A stretch of 64,000 nucleotides of DNA from an uncultured candidate division WWE3 bacterium (GTDB lineage Bacteria > Patescibacteriota > WWE3 > UBA101185 > UBA10185): contig CBFDCV010000001.1 in assembly GCA_965603395.1 (NCBI GenBank), forward strand, positions 5,389 to 69,388. Direction: 5' to 3'. The position numbers and the translations under genes are program-made. Shown piece after piece: positions 59,900 through 64,000 of this stretch (the stretch's first letter is position 1; each line of letters starts with the position of its first letter). A model generated the notes under the pieces. That model was given only the letters and a program-made list of their open reading frames with translations, made no database searches and had not been told where the DNA came from.

Positions 59900-60910
59900 G
59901 TGAAAATATTTGGTATTGAATCATCTTGTGACGAAACCGCTTGCGCTGTGATTGAAGATGGCGTTAAAGAAATATCTAGTGTGGTGGCCTCTTCCGCCGA
60001 ACTTCATGAGAAAACAGGAGGCGTAGTACCAGAGGTGGCAGCAAGAAAGCAGGTAGAAAGCATCACGCCGGTTATCGAAGCCTGTTTGCAAGAGGCTGGT
60101 ATAAAAGATCCTAAAAAAGAAATAGATGCCATAGCAGTGACCGTTGGACCAGGCCTAGTGGGTTCTTTATTGGTAGGCGTGGAGGCTGCTAAGTCTCTGT
60201 CCTTGGTTTGGGACAAGCCTTTGGTACCTGTAAACCATCTCATAGGTCATATATACGGTAATTTTGTAAACGGACCATCAACAGATAAGATACAATTCCC
60301 GGCTGTGGTTTTGATTGTAAGCGGTGGCCACACGGATTTGGTGATCATGTATGACCATGGCAAGTTTGAGTACTTAGGTGGAACCCTGGACGATGCTGCT
60401 GGTGAAGCTTTTGATAAAGTGGCCAGGCTGTTGGGACTTTCAAAATATTTAGGAGGCTCTTTGCTTTCAGCTAAAGCGGCTGAGTGTAAGAATAATACTG
60501 TAATGGGCAGGCTTCCCAGACCAATGATAGATAGGGAAGATTTTGATTTTTCATTTTCGGGTTTGAAAACAGCTGTGCTAAGGCTGGTCGAAAAGGAAGA
60601 ACACCCGGCGGAGGTAGTAGCCTGTGAGTTTGAGGAAGCTGCTACGGAGGTTTTAATAACCAAAACCATAAGGGCAGCCAAAAAGGTCAAGGCAAAGTCT
60701 ATATTGTTAGGGGGAGGTGTGGCCGCTAATCAAAAGCTAAGAGCCGGATTAAAATATGCCTCAGAGGGGATAAACATCCCGGTGTTCGCGCCTCCTTTAA
60801 AATACTGCGGAGACAGTGCTGTATATATAGCCAGCGCTGCGCACTTTAATTATTTTCCCAAGCCTTTATCTGAAGTAACTGCAGATCCGTCCCTCACCGT
60901 AATGGATTAG
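59900..60910 (+). CDS. tsaD: tRNA N6-adenosine threonylcarbamoyltransferase TsaD
   Basis: GIESSCDET, GGVVPE, NHLIGH, SGGHT, DDAAGEAFDK, FSFSGLKT. Confidence 0.97.
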   Translation: MKIFGIESSCDETACAVIEDGVKEISSVVASSAELHEKTGGVVPEVAARKQVESITPVIEACLQEAGIKDPKKEIDAIAVTVGPGLVGSLLVGVEAAKSLSLVWDKPLVPVNHLIGHIYGNFVNGPSTDKIQFPAVVLIVSGGHTDLVIMYDHGKFEYLGGTLDDAAGEAFDKVARLLGLSKYLGGSLLSAKAAECKNNTVMGRLPRPMIDREDFDFSFSGLKTAVLRLVEKEEHPAEVVACEFEEAATEVLITKTIRAAKKVKAKSILLGGGVAANQKLRAGLKYASEGINIPVFAPPLKYCGDSAVYIASAAHFNYFPKPLSEVTADPSLTVMD

Positions 60911-61020
60911 GGACTTTTCCATAAATTATCCACATATTTATGTGCCAACCAAAGCCATCATTGAGCCACTTTTGTGTTATCTATTGACACGCACCCTTGA
61001 AATGTGGAAAACTTGTATAT

Positions 61021-61581
61021 ATGTCGAGCCTCCCTTATGTTCAATCGTACAAGAAGCTAAAAGTCTTTTTTGAGGCTGTAAAAATTGCAGAAACCCCTTC
61101 CAAATTTACGTATAGGTACTTTGCAGGACTTGGTTTCCCTAGTTCTAAAGATAGGGACTTTGTTATAGCTCTAAAACAGCTGGGATTTATTGATGCCAAA
61201 GGGCAACCCACAGAGGATTACGCTAGTCTAAAGGATGTCAGGCAGTTTGAGGGTACTGTGAAGAGGGGAATAGAGAGAGCATATTTAAACCTGCTTGAGC
61301 TGGACGGAAATGCAGTAGATGTGTCAGAAAATGTGCTAAACGGTTATTTTGGAAGGTTAACAGGAGAGTCGTTAGAAAAAGTAATGGTTTATGCCAGGAC
61401 ATTTAAAGAGTTGGTTGGTTTAGCCGGTTGGGACACAGAAGAAGAGCAGGAAGTTGAAAGTAGAAAGAACGTTGAAAGGGATAGGTCAAACATAAACTTA
61501 AGTATTAATTTACCAACTACAACGGATGAAAAGGTGTACGAGACCTTATTTAAGCACTTAAAAGACTTAGTAACTCCTTGA
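61021..61581 (+). CDS. DUF5343-like putative winged-helix protein
   Basis: LPY, P.KFT, LGF.SS.DR, LKQLGFID..GQPT pattern; family recalled, not searched. Confidence 0.65.
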   Translation: MSSLPYVQSYKKLKVFFEAVKIAETPSKFTYRYFAGLGFPSSKDRDFVIALKQLGFIDAKGQPTEDYASLKDVRQFEGTVKRGIERAYLNLLELDGNAVDVSENVLNGYFGRLTGESLEKVMVYARTFKELVGLAGWDTEEEQEVESRKNVERDRSNINLSINLPTTTDEKVYETLFKHLKDLVTP

Positions 61582-63244
61582 TGGTTATAGTTTTACTGTC
61601 TTTTTCATTGCGTTTTTTAACTTCCGCCTTATCACCGGTTTTTTTGGATACCACAACTCTGTAGGGACAGCCTATTAGATCGGCATCAGCAAACTTTTCT
61701 CCGGCCATAATGTCTTCCCGGTCATCGAACAAAACCTCTACGTTGTTCTTTAGTAGCTTTTTATAGAGATCATGGGCTTTTTTGTGGGTGCTTTTATCTT
61801 CCAGGTTGATACCAACCAGGTGTACTTTAAAAGGAGCCACGCTTTCCGGCCAGATAATACCGTTATCATCGTGGTGGGTTTCTACCACGGTGGCCACGGA
61901 TCTGCCTAAACCTATGCCGTAAGAGCCCATCCAAATAGGTTTATCTGACCCGTCATTATCAGTGAAGTTACCTTTGTGAGGTTCGGAATAGAAAGTATCC
62001 AGTTTAAAACAATGCCCCCATTCAATACCTTTGATTTTTTTCAACTTACCCTTACCGCACTTTACGCAGACATCATCCTCTTTGACTTCCCGGATATCTA
62101 CAAATTCAGGTGTTTTAAAGTCTCTTTCATAGTTTAGGTTATATAAGTGCAGGCCTGATTTATTTCCACCGGCTTCAAAGTTGGTTCTATCTTGGCAGGT
62201 AATATCAGCCACGATCAAAACGCTGTCAGGAAGACCCACAGGGCCAACAAAACCTACCTTAGCCCCGGTCAGATCACTAATTTCCTTTTCTGTGGCTAGC
62301 TCTAACGACTCAGTGCCAAGATGCCTTTTCAACTTAGTTTCATTAATGTCGTAATCGCCTCTAACCATGGCTGCCACAAACTTACCGTCAGCCTTAAACA
62401 TGATGGTTTTGGTGGTGGTGTAGATGGGAACACCCATTCGTTCAGCTAAAATCTCACAATTAACCACGGTATCATCCCAAAACTCTTTGACTTCCTTCAC
62501 GTCCTTGTCTTGAGGATGAGTTTCATAACCGCCTTCAGCACGTTCAACTTGAGAGGCGTAACTGCAGCCCTCACAAGATAAAGCTTCAGCCTCACCTGTC
62601 TCAGAAAGAACAATAAACTCATGATTGTAATCCCCACCTATAGCACCGCTTTCAGCCAACACAGGATAAGCTTTAAGATCAAGCCTTTGGGCAATCTTCA
62701 AATATGAGTCATAAAACTTCTGGTACGAATCATAAGAAGCTTCCTCTGATCTATCAAAGGAGTACGCATCTTTCATGGTAAATTCCCTGACCCTGAGAAT
62801 TCCACCGCGTGGTCGTTTTTCGTCCCTAAATTTATTGGTAAATTGATGTACGTAAAAAGGTAATTCCTTGTAAGAAGGGGCAAACATTTTTACCAACTCT
62901 ATCATTACGCCTTCGGCAGTTGCCCCCATGGCAAAAGTAGCCCCGTGGTGATCGTCAACAATGTGCATTTCGTCACCAAAAGCAGCATCTCGGTTAGTTA
63001 CTTTCCAAATCTCGATAGGCTGTAAAATAGGGGTATTCAAGCGCTGACTGCCTACAGCTTCCATTTCTTCGTCCACAATATTCATAATTTTCTGCCAAAC
63101 CCTAAAACCTAAAGGTAAAAAGGCATACCTGCCGGCGGAAACTTGCCTGACAAAGCCTCCCTGGTATAAAAATCTATGACTAGGTGTTTTGTAGTTACCG
63201 GGGACAGTTTTTATTGTTTTTCCAAATAAATTCGAATATTTCAT
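61550..63244 (-). CDS. proS: Proline--tRNA ligase (bacterial type with editing insertion)
   Basis: KFRDEKRPRGGILRVREFTMKDAYSFD, MGSYGIG, GEKFADADLIG. Confidence 0.97.
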   Translation of the reverse strand: MKYSNLFGKTIKTVPGNYKTPSHRFLYQGGFVRQVSAGRYAFLPLGFRVWQKIMNIVDEEMEAVGSQRLNTPILQPIEIWKVTNRDAAFGDEMHIVDDHHGATFAMGATAEGVMIELVKMFAPSYKELPFYVHQFTNKFRDEKRPRGGILRVREFTMKDAYSFDRSEEASYDSYQKFYDSYLKIAQRLDLKAYPVLAESGAIGGDYNHEFIVLSETGEAEALSCEGCSYASQVERAEGGYETHPQDKDVKEVKEFWDDTVVNCEILAERMGVPIYTTTKTIMFKADGKFVAAMVRGDYDINETKLKRHLGTESLELATEKEISDLTGAKVGFVGPVGLPDSVLIVADITCQDRTNFEAGGNKSGLHLYNLNYERDFKTPEFVDIREVKEDDVCVKCGKGKLKKIKGIEWGHCFKLDTFYSEPHKGNFTDNDGSDKPIWMGSYGIGLGRSVATVVETHHDDNGIIWPESVAPFKVHLVGINLEDKSTHKKAHDLYKKLLKNNVEVLFDDREDIMAGEKFADADLIGCPYRVVVSKKTGDKAEVKKRNEKDSKTITIKELLSLLSA

Positions 63245-63314
63245 AATACTAATAATGTATACCTTCTAATCCTTGTTGTTGTCAAGCAAAAAGCTATAAT
63301 CACTTGTTTATTAG

Positions 63315-63428
63315 AACGAGCAAAGTGAGCTACTTTGTATTCAAAGCAACGAGCAAAGTGAGCTACTTTGTATTCAAAGCAACGAGCAAAGTGAGCTACT
63401 TTGTATTCAAAGCAACGAGCAAAGTGAG
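63315..63428. repeat. 33-bp perfect tandem repeat (3 full copies plus 15 nt) between divergent proS and valS
   Basis: Unit AACGAGCAAAGTGAGCTACTTTGTATTCAAAGC at 63315, 63348 and 63381, partial at 63414. Confidence 0.95.
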
Positions 63429-63444
63429 TTATAATGAGCAGGTA

Positions 63445-64000
63445 ATGGAAATGCCCCAGATGCCAAAAAAGTATAATCATCAGGAATCGGAGCCCGAAAT
63501 CTATAAATATTGGGAGGAGTTAGGTGTGTTTGCACCCGAAAAAGCAGCTGAAGAAAGGAAAAAACACGGTTATCAGGTGAAAGATGAAACTTTTTGCGTA
63601 TTGATGCCTCCGCCAAATGCTAATGCGCCCCTACATTTGGGGCATGCCACTTATAACATTCAGGACCTGATCACCAGATTTAAGAGAATGCAGGGATACC
63701 AATCTTTGTATGTGCCCGGTACGGATCACGCAGGTTTTGAAACACAGGTGGTTTATGAGAAGGGTTTGAGAGACGAGGATAAAAGTCGGTTTGATTTTGA
63801 CGCCAAGACATTATTCGAAAACATACTTGCCTTTGTGAAAGAAAACTCTGATCTGGCTGTTGATCAGCTGAAAAAACTGGGCATGAGCGCAGATTGGAAT
63901 AGGAATACCTTCATGCTGGAAGACAAAGTACTTGATTTGGTGCTAAACACCTTTAAGAAGATGAATGATGACGGACTTATTTACAGGGATGTTTATTTGG
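63445..64000 (+). CDS. valS: Valine--tRNA ligase (3'-partial)
   Basis: Manual translation MEMPQMPKKYNH...MPPPNANAPLHLGHA...RFKRMQG...PGTDHAG; runs off the window so it is absent from the ORF track. Confidence 0.93.
   Translation, partial: MEMPQMPKKYNHQESEPEIYKYWEELGVFAPEKAAEERKKHGYQVKDETFCVLMPPPNANAPLHLGHATYNIQDLITRFKRMQGYQSLYVPGTDHAGFETQVVYEKGLRDEDKSRFDFDAKTLFENILAFVKENSDLAVDQLKKLGMSADWNRNTFMLEDKVLDLVLNTFKKMNDDGLIYRDVYL

Noticed and set aside
63315-63428. CRISPR array
   Set aside because: Units are identical and contiguous with no unique spacers, and no cas genes are present.
63245-63444. T-box riboswitch for proS or valS
   Set aside because: No T-box antiterminator core (TGGNACC) or terminator is visible, and the valS -10 is only 9 nt from its ATG.
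63241-63480. 79-aa ORF with HFARCFEYKVA repeats
   Set aside because: By-product of a 33-bp (3n) DNA repeat; it overlaps the valS start on the opposite strand.
1-64000. Alternative genetic code (TGA read as Gly, as in Gracilibacteria/SR1)
   Set aside because: Conserved genes are full length in the standard code and several (adk, murT, gatD, LCP) end at TGA, often overlapping the next ATG.

Overview
This is a 64-kb chromosomal segment of a small-genome, AT-rich bacterium. Gene content points to Patescibacteria/CPR, possibly a WWE3/Microgenomates-type lineage (inference), using the standard code with TGA as stop. It spans the replication origin: dnaA is followed by a DnaA-box cluster and a DnaA-box/GC/DnaA-trio unwinding module, with murT-gatD rather than dnaN downstream. 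Housekeeping genes include groESL with a CIRCE operator, hrcA-grpE-dnaK, alaS, metG, proS, valS (partial), tRNA-Cys, lepA, adk, rsmA, tatD, tsaD, rpsT, pcrA, a UvrD-nuclease fusion and rmuC. Monoderm-type envelope genes include two femABX, murJ, murT/gatD, LCP, sortase, a WecA/MraY-like transferase and two O-antigen-ligase-like proteins. No prophage, IS element or CRISPR-cas is evident. The strongest candidates for something new are: (1) a 4Fe-4S protein plus a half-size aldehyde:ferredoxin oxidoreductase (GOR/GAPOR-like) occupying the pgk slot between gap and tpiA; (2) a dispersed REP-like 13-mer/hairpin repeat that abuts TATAAT -10 boxes at three divergent promoters; (3) a VirD4/HerA-like ATPase, FtsA/PilM-like ATPase, baseplate-J-like membrane protein and YqgF gene run; (4) an SD-led islet of ORFans sharing one short sequence module; (5) an O-antigen-ligase/TPR gene apparently split by an inserted atl gene. 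All family assignments come from motif recognition by eye; no database search was run.
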